Origin: a virus | Taxonomy: Duplodnaviria; Heunggongvirae; Uroviricota; Caudoviricetes | Reading direction: 5' to 3' (one strand) | Virus record (IMG/VR): IMGVR_UViG_3300034069_000533 | Location: 65,947 to 129,946 of that record | Length of the DNA stretch: 64,000 nucleotides | Shown here: positions 33,413 to 42,620 of the stretch, one piece after another | How positions within the stretch are numbered: position 1 is the first letter of the stretch | Layout of the letters: each line of letters starts with the position of its first letter | The notes under the pieces: generated by a model | Told to the model about the DNA's origin: nothing | Database searches by the model: none | What the model saw: only the letters and a program-made list of their open reading frames with translations | Program-made: the position numbers and the translations under genes

Positions 33413-33600
33413 CCATCTGCTTGATCGCCAGATTGGCCTTATGCCGTAAACGCCGATTGTATCCGCGCTTGATCGACTGACACACGCCCGGCCGGTGGGT
33501 GTAGCAATACATCTTGCGCCAGCCGGTAAACACGTCCTGCTCATTACCGTTGGCAAGCTTAATCTTGGACGGCGGCTCTACCTCATGCGCTCGCATTGTC
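33399..33600 (-). CDS. small basic protein
   Basis: 67 aa (MTMRAHEVEPP...), K/R-rich; the longer ORF upstream overlaps tRNA-Gln and was truncated. Confidence 0.3.
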
Positions 33601-33610
33601 ATTCTCCATT

Positions 33611-33685
33611 TGGTTGCCCTGCCAGGATTCGAACCTAGACCCTCGCATTCAAAGTGCGATGTTACTACCGTTAAACTACAGGGCA
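33611..33685 (-). tRNA. tRNA-Gln: tRNA-Gln (TTG)
   Basis: Minus-strand read: acceptor tgccctg/cagggca, anticodon stem tcgca/tgcga with loop cTTTGaa, T-arm ctagg-ttcgaat-cctgg, encoded CCA. Confidence 0.7.
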
Positions 33686-33690
33686 ATAAA

Positions 33691-33927
33691 TTAACTGCGC
33701 TTCGTTTTCTTCTTCTCATCCACCGACGCCACAGCGACCGCCAGCCGGTCAATTGCGCTGGCGATGGCGAATAACCCCGCCGCCTGCCAGCATAGTGGCT
33801 GAATGCTGGATGCGCCCTGCATGCCGGCCAGAGAATTGCCAACATCGGTCAGATGCTCACGCTGCACATCAGACGCGTTAGCCATCATTTCCGCACGCTC
33901 TTTAATGTCCATACTGTTTATTCCCAA
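33691..33927 (-). CDS. hypothetical small protein
   Basis: 78-aa ORF. Confidence 0.3.
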   Translation of the reverse strand: MGINSMDIKERAEMMANASDVQREHLTDVGNSLAGMQGASSIQPLCWQAAGLFAIASAIDRLAVAVASVDEKKKTKRS

Positions 33928-33966
33928 ATAAAAGAAACCCGGCGGGACAATCCCGCCGGATTATTT

Positions 33967-34155
33967 TTAGCGCCGCCTAGCGTCCTCAAACAATGGCGTC
34001 AGGACAACCGCGAGCGCCGTCATGGCTACGCCCAATATTGCGGAAGCGAGAATTGGCACCGGCCCAAAAATCTCGCCAAAGAAGTAAGCAAAATTAACCG
34101 TAAACCCAATAATCAGAATAGCAGCCAGATAAAGCGGCATGTTTTTCTCCCTCAC
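33967..34155 (-). CDS. small membrane protein
   Basis: 62 aa with two hydrophobic helices; translationally coupled upstream of the SPFH gene. Confidence 0.35.
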   Translation of the reverse strand: MREKNMPLYLAAILIIGFTVNFAYFFGEIFGPVPILASAILGVAMTALAVVLTPLFEDARRR

Positions 34156-35081
34156 TTCCCTTCAACGCTGCCGGGCAGCATCATCATGGGAGTCGGCCCG
34201 GAGCCACCGAAAATCTGCCGGGGCATGGCGCCGTCCCACCGTTCAGCCTGCCGCAACCGCACATAGCTGTCGCCAGCGGCCCCAAGCGCTGCCGCCTGCG
34301 CCCGAATGGCACCAGCCTCAGCCTCACCCCGGAGCGCGATGCTGCGGGCCTCTGCGGCTGCCTGTAGCTCGGTCGCCTGCGCCTTGGCCTTGGCCTCGGC
34401 AACCGCGCTGTCAGCCCGCCCACGCGCCGCCTGAATGGCAGCGTTGGCCTCACCGCGCGCCGCATCCTCGCGCGTCTTGGCCTCCGTCTCAACCTGCGCC
34501 TGCCGCTGCTGCGCGATGGCCGCAGTGTTTACCGCATCACGGAATTCCTTGGAGTAATCAAAATTATCAAGTCGCAGGTCGTTAATCAGGATGCCATAAC
34601 GCTCCATCGCTTCTGGCTTCACGCGCTCAAAGATTGCCTGCTGAATGCGCGCCCGACCGCCGGGCAATTCCTCAGCGCGATGCGTGCCAATCTCAGCCTT
34701 GGCGCGGGCAACAATCAGGCTGGCGAGTAGCGCCTCAACGTTGCCGCGAATACGCCATACCTGCTCAACGTTGGCTTCCGGCACGATCCAATCAACCACG
34801 AAATCAACGTCAACGTGCTGCGGCTGGTTGCCGCTGGTAAACACTTCCAAATTCTTCAGCGTAAGAATGCGATTGGTCAAGCTAATATCGTCAACGCCGT
34901 CAATAAACGGCACCTTAAAGCCCATGCCGGGCTGAGCAATGCCGACAAAAGCGCCATTGCGGGTCAACACCCCACGCTCAGTGGCATGCACGTTGTAGAA
35001 GCTGCCGCCAATGGTGGTAATGCCAACCAGCCCAACCACGCCGAGAGCGGCAACACCGCCAATAAATCCAGCATTCGACAT
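34152..35081 (-). CDS. SPFH/band-7 (stomatin/HflK-like) membrane protein
   Basis: N-terminal TM segment, SPFH core, C-terminal Ala/Glu-rich coiled coil (AQVETEAKTREDAARGEANAAIQAARG...). Confidence 0.6.
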   Translation of the reverse strand: MSNAGFIGGVAALGVVGLVGITTIGGSFYNVHATERGVLTRNGAFVGIAQPGMGFKVPFIDGVDDISLTNRILTLKNLEVFTSGNQPQHVDVDFVVDWIVPEANVEQVWRIRGNVEALLASLIVARAKAEIGTHRAEELPGGRARIQQAIFERVKPEAMERYGILINDLRLDNFDYSKEFRDAVNTAAIAQQRQAQVETEAKTREDAARGEANAAIQAARGRADSAVAEAKAKAQATELQAAAEARSIALRGEAEAGAIRAQAAALGAAGDSYVRLRQAERWDGAMPRQIFGGSGPTPMMMLPGSVEGK

Positions 35082-35196
35082 TAATAGTTTTCCTTCTTCT
35101 CTTTTGCATTAGGACCAAGGAGGTAGCATGCGGCCCATCCACACGCGCCCCCAAAGGCAAAGAAAGTCATAGCCACAAAGGCTAGCTCTTTCAGCA

Positions 35197-35778
35197 TTAC
35201 TTCATCCCAAAATTGCCAGGAAACGCAGCCTTCAGCCCCCAAGCCGCGTTAAGATAAATCCGCGCCTTGGAAATATTCGTCTCGCCGGTGTAGAGCGCCA
35301 TCGCCCGGTTGTAGACATCAACGATGGGGTCAAGCGCGCTCGCCGCCGCATCCGCTACGCTGGCCGGCGCTGCCTCAGCGACGGACTCAGCAGCAACGGG
35401 CGCCGCCTTCGCAGGCTTGGCCTCAGCACGGGCAGCCAGCAAAGCCGCTGAGGCCGTCTTGCCGCCCTTGGCCGCGACCGGACCCTTGCCAGTCCACGGC
35501 GCGACGAACCGGCGCGGACCAACACCCTGCACAACCGGCTTGCCAAGCTGCTCGACAGCCTTAACGCCCGCCGTGGTCAGCGAGTAGACCGACACGCCAT
35601 ACTTGTCGGGATACCGGACAGCGAGGCCATCACGCACAAGCTTCTGTGCGTAATTATACGCATTGTTGCCAGCGATGCCGGTTTCCTTGGAAATCTCAGT
35701 CGTCTTGACCGCACGGTGATGCGAAAGGATGAAATATGCAACCTCATGCGCGCGAGTGTTCGGGTAAATCTGCTTCAT
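35197..35778 (-). CDS. winged-helix DNA-binding protein with Ala-rich tail
   Basis: wHTH-like TTEISKETGIAGNNAYNYAQKLVRDGLAVR; upstream promoter carries its own GGAAC-N9-GTTCC palindrome. Confidence 0.4.
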   Translation of the reverse strand: MKQIYPNTRAHEVAYFILSHHRAVKTTEISKETGIAGNNAYNYAQKLVRDGLAVRYPDKYGVSVYSLTTAGVKAVEQLGKPVVQGVGPRRFVAPWTGKGPVAAKGGKTASAALLAARAEAKPAKAAPVAAESVAEAAPASVADAAASALDPIVDVYNRAMALYTGETNISKARIYLNAAWGLKAAFPGNFGMK

Positions 35779-35868
35779 GGTATGTGTTTTCCTTCTCTGT
35801 TGTGGTTAGCGAGTTAGGTATAGCGCTCTGGCTGGAACATTGCAAGCGTTCCGTACAGTTGCGGCGAA
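35779..35868 (-). promoter_or_regulatory. variant promoter TTGCAA-N17-TATACC with a different palindrome GGAACgcttgcaatGTTCC over the -35
   Basis: Upstream of the wHTH gene; possible autoregulatory operator. Confidence 0.35.
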
Positions 35869-36758
35869 TTTTCTTGAGCAACCTCAGAACCGGACTTGGA
35901 GCCAAACAGCGCGCCAATCAGCCCCTTACCCTTTTCTTCATGCATGACAACCTGACAATCATCCTGAATGCCAAGCTGCTCGGCCATGGCGTAAGCTGCC
36001 TGCCGGCGCGAACCGATACCATCAATCAGGCTGTATTCAAGCGCTGTCTGCGCATCAAAAATCATGGCGCCCATTTCGTCGGTAATAACATTTTCGTCAA
36101 TCATCCGGCACGATGAAACATGATTAACAAAATCGGCGTACTGTCGCTTCAGCATGCCACTAATGCCGTCATATTCCTCCTGCGTCATTGCGCGGTGCGG
36201 ATTCAAAATATCCTTGCCGCGCCCGGCGCTCAGCGTGCGAAAGTCAATGCCGCCGCCGCTGGCATCCGTCTCAATTCCGCCAAGCAATCCCTTCTGCGCA
36301 ATAACCTTGCGATAAAAAGCGTGCGTGCCAAGCGTCACGCCAATTGATCCAATGATGCTGCCAGGATCGGCGTAAATCTTGTCAGCCGCCACCATGGCCC
36401 AAACGCCACCCGATGCCGAAATGCCCTCAACATGGGCAAAAATCGGCGCTTTGTCGCCATAGTCAGAAATACCCTCGGCCAGCGCCTCAGCCGCCGATAC
36501 CGTGCCGCCGGGCGTGATAAACTGCATCAGTACGCCCTTGATGCTTTTGTCATCTTCGGCGCGGTCCAAGAGGTTCTGAATGTCCAGCGCCGATGCGCTG
36601 CGGTCAAGCGCGCTGAACGCGCCACGGGGCTTAACCGTAGTCATCACGCCTTCAACCCGGATCAGCAGAATCTTATTCTTGGAGTGACGATCACCCCAAA
36701 CATAGCGCGTGCTAAGCTTCTCGCCCTTGGTCGCGGTCTTACTCGAAAAAATACCCAA
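35814..36758 (-). CDS. S49-family (SppA/ClpP-fold) serine peptidase, NfeD-like
   Basis: GGTVSAAEALAEGI...APIFAHVEGISASGGVWAMVAADKIYADPGSIIGSIGV matches the SppA catalytic region; paired with the SPFH gene. Confidence 0.55.
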   Translation of the reverse strand: MGIFSSKTATKGEKLSTRYVWGDRHSKNKILLIRVEGVMTTVKPRGAFSALDRSASALDIQNLLDRAEDDKSIKGVLMQFITPGGTVSAAEALAEGISDYGDKAPIFAHVEGISASGGVWAMVAADKIYADPGSIIGSIGVTLGTHAFYRKVIAQKGLLGGIETDASGGGIDFRTLSAGRGKDILNPHRAMTQEEYDGISGMLKRQYADFVNHVSSCRMIDENVITDEMGAMIFDAQTALEYSLIDGIGSRRQAAYAMAEQLGIQDDCQVVMHEEKGKGLIGALFGSKSGSEVAQENSPQLYGTLAMFQPERYT

Positions 36759-36876
36759 TTAACTAACTCCTTCTCTTGTTGGGCCTTAGTTTTCCGGCCA
36801 CAGCCCAACAATAAGCGTTGCAAACGATAGGTCAAGCAGATACTTTGAAAATCGTTCAACACAGGAGTTAGCCCCT

Positions 36877-37086
36877 ATGCCCGCCCTGGAAGCGGCGGCA
36901 CCACAGCCGCCCGCCCCAACCCTACTGGACCCGGCCAGCGATCATGCCGCGCTTGTCGCCGCATGGCGCGCGGCTGACGCAGCTTATGAATCATACCGTA
37001 CATGCAATTTCAATGTGTATGGCAGTTGGCTTTCATGGCAACGTCTTGTTGCTGTGGCTGCAAGCTTGGGCGAGCGGCCAGAATAA
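36877..37086 (+). CDS. hypothetical small protein
   Basis: 69-aa ORF. Confidence 0.3.
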   Translation: MPALEAAAPQPPAPTLLDPASDHAALVAAWRAADAAYESYRTCNFNVYGSWLSWQRLVAVAASLGERPE

Positions 37087-37100
37087 GTGGAGTAATTAAA

Positions 37101-37475
37101 ATGAGCGTATGCACTGATGATGTTGAGCGCGCGGTGTTTAATGCCTTTATTCGGCATTACCGCTGCGCCGGGATGGCCGGGCCAGCCTTGACCATTAATC
37201 ATTGGCTGGCGGTAGTCGCGGCGGGTGACGATGACGGATTCAACGCCAGTCAGCGCTTGCGCGATTGGTCGGCCATTCTGAGCGCGGCGGCGAGCGCGCT
37301 GGACGGCACCACGCCAGAGGATGCCGCCCGCATCCACAAAATTGAATGCGAGGCTTACGAACGCGCCGCAAAAGAGGTAGAAGCCATATTGCGCGAGGCG
37401 TCGCAAACAGTCGCCCGCGACATATCAACTGCCATCCGGCAGCTTGGATCAAAAGAAGGAAATAAACATGAGTAA
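37101..37475 (+). CDS. hypothetical protein
   Basis: 125 aa from MSVCTDD with RBS aagtggag. Confidence 0.35.
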   Translation: MSVCTDDVERAVFNAFIRHYRCAGMAGPALTINHWLAVVAAGDDDGFNASQRLRDWSAILSAAASALDGTTPEDAARIHKIECEAYERAAKEVEAILREASQTVARDISTAIRQLGSKEGNKHE

Positions 37476-38277
37476 TGACGCGCTAGGTGACAGAATGAAG
37501 GCTTACGAAGCGCGCGAAAGCGCGCGGCGCTTTCTGCCGGGTTTGCCGATCTATGCCCGCATTGATGGGCGCGGCTTTTCTCGCTTCACCAAGGGACTTG
37601 TGCGCCCCTTTGACCAGCGCATGTCGCTGGCCATGCTGAGCGCCACCCGGCGTCTTGTGCAGGAAACGCACGCCCGGATTGGCTATGTGCAATCGGATGA
37701 AATATCCCTCGTCTGGCTGGCGGAAGACGTGACCGGATCGGTTTTTTTTGACGGCAAGATTCAAAAAATGTGTTCGGTGCTGGCCGGAATGGCGACCGCT
37801 GCCTTTACCCGTGCCGTTCTGAATAGCGATCCGACATTCGCCGCCTACGCTGAAAAGCTGCCGCATTTTGACTGCCGGGTGATTGAGCTACCGAACAAGA
37901 CCGAAGCCGCCAATATGTTCCTTTGGCGTAATCTGGACGCGACCAAAAACGCAGTCAGCATGGCGTGTCGCCATTATTACCCGCATAAAGAAATGCACGG
38001 CCAGGGCCAAGCCGATCAACACGAAATGTTGCATGTGCAGGGTGTTAATTTCAATAACTACCCGGCATTCTTCAAGCGCGGGGTTTGGGTGCGGCGCGTG
38101 CTGGTAGAGCGGCCATTCACGCCACAGGAATTGGAGCGCATCCCCGAAGCGCACCGGCCAGAGCCGAATACCCTTGTGACTCGAAGTGAGATTCGTTCGT
38201 TTGACTTACCGAAGTTTAGCAGCGTGCTAAATCGGGAGGCGGTTATTTTTGATGGCGCGGAGGCGCTGACGCTATGA
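37468..38277 (+). CDS. Thg1-like protein (tRNA-His guanylyltransferase family, 3'-5' nucleotidyl polymerase)
   Basis: DRMKAYE...FLPGLPIYARIDGRGFSRFTKGL...QSDEISLVW parallels Thg1 blocks (KxYE, R[IL]DG[RK]xF[HS]xF, SDE[YI]SF); ~270 aa; RBS aaagaaggaaa. Confidence 0.65.
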   Translation: MSNDALGDRMKAYEARESARRFLPGLPIYARIDGRGFSRFTKGLVRPFDQRMSLAMLSATRRLVQETHARIGYVQSDEISLVWLAEDVTGSVFFDGKIQKMCSVLAGMATAAFTRAVLNSDPTFAAYAEKLPHFDCRVIELPNKTEAANMFLWRNLDATKNAVSMACRHYYPHKEMHGQGQADQHEMLHVQGVNFNNYPAFFKRGVWVRRVLVERPFTPQELERIPEAHRPEPNTLVTRSEIRSFDLPKFSSVLNREAVIFDGAEALTL

Positions 38278-38699
38278 GCCAACACAAATTCTGGCTCATG
38301 GTTACGGGCGGCAGGCACTACGCCAACCAGCCGGCGGTATGGGACGCGCTGGATGAGGTGCATTACGAGGTGGGCGGTATAACCCTGCTGATCCATGGCG
38401 CCACACCAACCAAGCAAGGCGCGGACTGGCTGGCCGATGCTTGGGCTAAAGCCCGTGGCGTGCCGGTCAAGCAGGTTCCGGTTGACACCAAGTTTGATGG
38501 TCCCTGGCCGAACGCTGGCCGCATGCGCAACGCGCGGATGCTGATGCACTACCCGCCGGATGGCATCATGGCGTGGCCAGGAGGTCCGGGAACACAGGAC
38601 ATGATGGTTAGAGCCGATTTAGCCGGGTATATCGTTCGCTATATTGACATACCCGACACCGGGCTTAATGCGGATGGCTCGCTAGTCGGAAAAGGATAA
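38274..38699 (+). CDS. SLOG-family (DUF2493-like) Rossmann-fold protein
   Basis: LMVTGGRHY...LLIHGATPTKQGADWLADAWAKARGVPV resembles the DprA/LOG-like SLOG core; coupled to the Thg1-like gene. Confidence 0.4.
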   Translation: MSQHKFWLMVTGGRHYANQPAVWDALDEVHYEVGGITLLIHGATPTKQGADWLADAWAKARGVPVKQVPVDTKFDGPWPNAGRMRNARMLMHYPPDGIMAWPGGPGTQDMMVRADLAGYIVRYIDIPDTGLNADGSLVGKG

Positions 38700-38723
38700 G
38701 GCGCCTCACGGCGCCTTTTTCAA
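38699..38723 (+). terminator. rho-independent terminator
   Basis: aaggcgcctcacggcgcc plus a T run. Confidence 0.6.
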
Positions 38724-38992
38724 TTAGCTGTCCGCTTAAGCTGCTTTTCCAGCTTCCGGCTGCGCTGCAAAACATCGTCGTACAGCTTGCAGCCAGGGCC
38801 ACGCTTGAAGCTGGAACCGGGCGCCATGTGCCGTTCATAAGCCATGAAGGCAAGCGCCTCGGCCAGAAGCGCGCGGGTCCGCGACACGCACTTGACCGGG
38901 TAGCAGTTGGACGCATGCAGCGGATTTTCCGGCGAAGGCGTCAGTTGTGCGCGAAACTCAACCTGAAAGTCAGCAAGGGTCTTGATTGTCAT
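38720..38992 (-). CDS. hypothetical protein
   Basis: 90 aa; consensus cassette upstream (38993-39050). Confidence 0.4.
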   Translation of the reverse strand: MTIKTLADFQVEFRAQLTPSPENPLHASNCYPVKCVSRTRALLAEALAFMAYERHMAPGSSFKRGPGCKLYDDVLQRSRKLEKQLKRTAN

Positions 38993-39050
38993 GGCTGCAT
39001 TCCTTCTCAACGCAGCCAACTTAACGTGCCACACGAATGCGGTCAACATG
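38993..39050 (-). promoter_or_regulatory. consensus promoter-operator-leader cassette
   Basis: Same cassette. Confidence 0.5.
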
Positions 39051-39070
39051 TTTTTTCAGAATTATTTACA

Positions 39071-39271
39071 TTACAACCGACAGCACGCCACCAACCACCG
39101 CAAAAGCGAACACTTCCAAATTTTCCAATGAGATAGCTTCCAAAGCATCCCTTCAATTAACTGCTCAACGCTGGTTCCTTTGCGCTCGCAATGATACTGA
39201 ATTATGCAACCAATCAATCCAATAATTATTGGCATACCATAAATCAGCAGCAGAAATTGCCCGTCGTTCAT
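39071..39271 (-). CDS. small membrane protein (low-GC)
   Basis: 66 aa with TM helix LLLIYGMPIIIGLIGCII. Confidence 0.3.
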   Translation of the reverse strand: MNDGQFLLLIYGMPIIIGLIGCIIQYHCERKGTSVEQLIEGMLWKLSHWKIWKCSLLRWLVACCRL

Positions 39272-40062
39272 TCGTGCAACTCCTTTACAAACGTCATATT
39301 GTTTTGCTGACAATATCGCTGAAACGCGACTTGGTGAAGCTCACCGGGCAGCATATTTATGCTGGTTCCGATTGTGCCGCCTTTCCATGATCCCTTGCGT
39401 CGTCCGGTTTCTTCTGAAAAAAACAAATCAAGCGAGCGCACAATTTTAGATTTACGGAACAGTGAAAGCCATTTAAACCACCCCTCACCAAACTTCCATT
39501 CGCCCTCATGAATGGCGGTTGTCGCTATAATTTCTTGTCCATCATAATCCTTAAATAAAAACTTACGCTTTGGGCAATCCTCTCGCGCGTCATGCCATGC
39601 GTCATATCCTTGCGTGCCTTTGTCTTGTGGCACGGTTGCAATGTGCTCGCCGTTTAATCCGTACACACTCCACCTAGTGTGCCGCCAATTCATCCAAGGC
39701 AAAAACTTAGAATAGCTTTTTGTTGTTTCGCTATCCCCGGTTTGCGGACCATAAAATAACTGAAAAAATCCTTCATTTGAGGAAACGCCGTATTGCTTTC
39801 TTGCAGTGTCAGTTAACAATTGACCATTGTATGCCGATATACGCGACTTTTGCCAAGGCTTTATGATCTCTGGAATCTCAGCAATAATAGTATGGCCAAA
39901 CCCGCTAATACGCAGCGAGCATGCCGGGGATTCGTCCCCGTCGCCGGAAGATAAAATAATGGCTAGTGGTTTATAACCTGACCTATTGCGGGCATAGGTA
40001 AATGGCCCACAATATTTATCATGATCGCTCCACCGATTATTGCGCGGCATTGTTTTCTCCAT
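39268..40062 (-). CDS. hypothetical Trp-rich protein (low-GC island)
   Basis: ~265 aa with GC well below the surrounding genome. Confidence 0.35.
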   Translation of the reverse strand: MEKTMPRNNRWSDHDKYCGPFTYARNRSGYKPLAIILSSGDGDESPACSLRISGFGHTIIAEIPEIIKPWQKSRISAYNGQLLTDTARKQYGVSSNEGFFQLFYGPQTGDSETTKSYSKFLPWMNWRHTRWSVYGLNGEHIATVPQDKGTQGYDAWHDAREDCPKRKFLFKDYDGQEIIATTAIHEGEWKFGEGWFKWLSLFRKSKIVRSLDLFFSEETGRRKGSWKGGTIGTSINMLPGELHQVAFQRYCQQNNMTFVKELHE

Positions 40063-40531
40063 AATTAAATTCCCTCGCCGCCAACGCCATAGCTGCATGC
40101 GGCCAAATCCAATCCAGCATGCGCTTTATCTCTGGCGGCATCTGTGCGCTCTGCACAAAGCCCATGCCGCCGTTACCCATCATCTGACCAAACACCATCG
40201 GACCAAACGGCCAGGGGCCATGAGCATACGGCTCCATATTCATTGTCCGGCACATATGTAAAGCCAGCCGTTCAATGCGCGCATCCCTGCGCGCCCAAGC
40301 AATAGCTTTGACGTAAGCCGCACGCAAAGAATTCGCTGAGCTATTAAACTCGCGCATTGGGTTGTTATAACTAAAATCATTCTTCCTTGCGCTGACGCCG
40401 TAATCTCCGTTGTGCGTCCAGCCGTTATTAATCAAATAGCCCGGCGGCGCCAGCTTACTAACCACACGCGGCAAGTCTTTAATAATTTTGTCCGGCACAT
40501 TTCGCGCCTGCTGTATTTGCCTTCTATTCAT
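40037..40531 (-). CDS. hypothetical protein
   Basis: 164-aa ORF. Confidence 0.35.
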   Translation of the reverse strand: MNRRQIQQARNVPDKIIKDLPRVVSKLAPPGYLINNGWTHNGDYGVSARKNDFSYNNPMREFNSSANSLRAAYVKAIAWARRDARIERLALHMCRTMNMEPYAHGPWPFGPMVFGQMMGNGGMGFVQSAQMPPEIKRMLDWIWPHAAMALAAREFNYGENNAAQ

Positions 40532-40763
40532 TGCCCTTCTCCTCGCGCTTTATATATGGATTGTGGCGGTTGCTGCCCGGCTCAGGGCATGGCCCCAAGC
40601 CTATTTTGTTTTCCTCGCGCCATTTGGCCTCGTCGGCTTGGTCATACCAAATGTCAGCCATAATATCGTAATTAGGGCAAATTAGCAGCGTTTCCCCTGG
40701 ATCATTGCAGCCGCAGTGGACGCAATAAGCGCCCGGCCAGCCGGACCATGAATGATTATTCAT
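40524..40763 (-). CDS. small Zn-binding protein
   Basis: CVHCGC...CPNYD...C spacing. Confidence 0.3.
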   Translation of the reverse strand: MNNHSWSGWPGAYCVHCGCNDPGETLLICPNYDIMADIWYDQADEAKWREENKIGLGPCPEPGSNRHNPYIKREEKGNE

Positions 40764-40950
40764 TTTTAATATCCAATAATGCTTTCTCTCCGCCGATTAA
40801 TGTTAGCGCATCTAAAGCATTAGATACTTCATTCCAAAGTTCGGGACGTACCGGATAGCGTGAGCCCGCCGCTTCTCTGCCGCGACGATATGCAATAACA
40901 GCGCGTATAACACGCATCGCCGCATTATTTGTTTGCAAATTATCAGACAT
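40756..40950 (-). CDS. hypothetical small protein
   Basis: 64-aa ORF. Confidence 0.3.
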   Translation of the reverse strand: MSDNLQTNNAAMRVIRAVIAYRRGREAAGSRYPVRPELWNEVSNALDALTLIGGEKALLDIKNE

Positions 40951-40973
40951 ATATTGCTTTCCTCAGTTGTTAA

Positions 40974-41411
40974 TTACAACTTGCGCCTCGGGCCGAACAT
41001 CCGGTCAATGCGATCAATTGCGGATTCGCTAATCCGCCGGTCCATCATCTCTTGCAGGGTCGGCGGCTCGGCAAACGCCGGGTCCGGTGGCGGCGTCTCT
41101 GGCAGCCCTAGCCCGCCGGGCTCTGGCGTGACCGTGGACGGGTCTTCCAGCCCTTCGGCTGCCGACAAGCCGTGATTGCCCCGGCGGGCATCCTCAGCCG
41201 CCATGCCGGCCTCTACGGAGGCCCGCCACGCGAGGTTTTCGCGCAAGCCCCGCTCAGCCGCCGCCAGGATGCGCGGCCGATACTCGGCATCCGTCTCCCC
41301 CGGCCGGCGCGGCACGTCCGATCCCCGGCCGAGAATATCCAACTGCCGCATGTTGTAGGTCGCCACCCGCCGGGCGTAGCCATCCAAAATATGCGTCACT
41401 TCGTCAGTCAT
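40974..41411 (-). CDS. hypothetical protein
   Basis: 145-aa ORF. Confidence 0.35.
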   Translation of the reverse strand: MTDEVTHILDGYARRVATYNMRQLDILGRGSDVPRRPGETDAEYRPRILAAAERGLRENLAWRASVEAGMAAEDARRGNHGLSAAEGLEDPSTVTPEPGGLGLPETPPPDPAFAEPPTLQEMMDRRISESAIDRIDRMFGPRRKL

Positions 41412-41575
41412 TCCTTCATTCCCTCTGCTTCTTCAACCAACACCCGACAAACGCACGGCGCCCCTTCATGGTAAGCGCACGCGCGCATTTGCTTAAAATG
41501 CCACGGACAATCAATACGCGTGGCAAATTCCTCAATCTTGTCGTCAATAAGCTTTCGCTTTTCCTTCTCGTTCAT
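41408..41575 (-). CDS. hypothetical 55-aa protein
   Basis: Fills a gap; MNEKEKRKLIDDKIEEFATRIDCPWHFKQM...; not in the ORF track. Confidence 0.3.
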   Translation of the reverse strand: MNEKEKRKLIDDKIEEFATRIDCPWHFKQMRACAYHEGAPCVCRVLVEEAEGMKE

Positions 41576-42141
41576 CCGATTAACTCCCGACAGATTGCGC
41601 GATGACTTCTAATCCAATTGCTAAATGTATGCACAGCAACTATCTTGTCGTGCGGAAACTCTGGATGCCAATGCTTAGGGTTTTCCGGGTCGCAGACATA
41701 ACCAACCGTCATATAATCAATGTCGCTTGGAAATGGTGGCGTCCGGTTGCACCATACGATTGTGCGGGGTGGCGTGTCACGTCTGATTTTGCGCGGTATC
41801 CACTTTTGGCCGGGCGCCAATTTAAACGCGCTATAATCAAACGTGTTTAGTTTTTGATCGGCAGTTTTTTCTTGTTCGATCCACTCGCCGTTTTCTGCCT
41901 CCTCAAACAGCCGATCATTGCGCCGCTTAATCTCAGCGCCAATCGCCTGCATAACCTGTGCCGGCAAACGCAGCGGCTTGCCCGGCACTAGCTCAATCTC
42001 CACCCCATCCCGCATGGCATCAAAGAACGCAGCCACAATCGTTGTTGTGTGCCGCAGTCGCCGCATGCCGGAAGATCGGACGGATATATGCGCCTCTTTC
42101 AAAGCGCGCTGTATCGGGTCCAGCTTGGCCATTAGGTCCAA
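41572..42141 (-). CDS. hypothetical protein
   Basis: 189-aa ORF. Confidence 0.35.
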   Translation of the reverse strand: MDLMAKLDPIQRALKEAHISVRSSGMRRLRHTTTIVAAFFDAMRDGVEIELVPGKPLRLPAQVMQAIGAEIKRRNDRLFEEAENGEWIEQEKTADQKLNTFDYSAFKLAPGQKWIPRKIRRDTPPRTIVWCNRTPPFPSDIDYMTVGYVCDPENPKHWHPEFPHDKIVAVHTFSNWIRSHRAICRELIG

Positions 42142-42620
42142 AGGCTCTCGCGTATTTCCATTAGCTTTTTAAGTTTTTGGTCACATACGTTTTCAACGTG
42201 ACCATATTCATATTTGGATTCTTTTACTCGGCCAAGGCTAATAACCCGTTTAATTTCAACGCCAGCAACCGTTTCCGGCACGGTCATAATTTTTCCTGAA
42301 AAAGATTCTCGAACATCTTTGGCGTAATCTTCTTTAAGCGCTGGCAGTTCGTCCCGATACCACAGCCAAAGATCAATAGCTTTTTTATCTCCATCGTCAG
42401 AGGCGTGCAGGCGATAGCCGCGATACATGCCATTCTCGCCGTCTTCTCGGTCAGCGGACCAAGAGGCTGGCTCGGTGCCAAGCTCCTTCTCGACATATTC
42501 ACCAAGAATAATGAAGCAGGCGTGAAACATACGGGTATCCGCATCAACCCAATCACCCTTTTCAAAGGGCAGCTTCAGGGTGGTAAAATCAAGCTCAGAC
42601 ATTTTAAACTCCCGCACCAA
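42132..42620 (-). CDS. hypothetical protein
   Basis: 162-aa ORF. Confidence 0.35.
   Translation of the reverse strand: MVREFKMSELDFTTLKLPFEKGDWVDADTRMFHACFIILGEYVEKELGTEPASWSADREDGENGMYRGYRLHASDDGDKKAIDLWLWYRDELPALKEDYAKDVRESFSGKIMTVPETVAGVEIKRVISLGRVKESKYEYGHVENVCDQKLKKLMEIRESLWT

Noticed and set aside
33399-33845. 148-aa ORF on the minus strand
   Set aside because: Its upstream half overlaps tRNA-Gln (33611-33685). Only the downstream 67-aa part (33399-33600) was kept, at low confidence.
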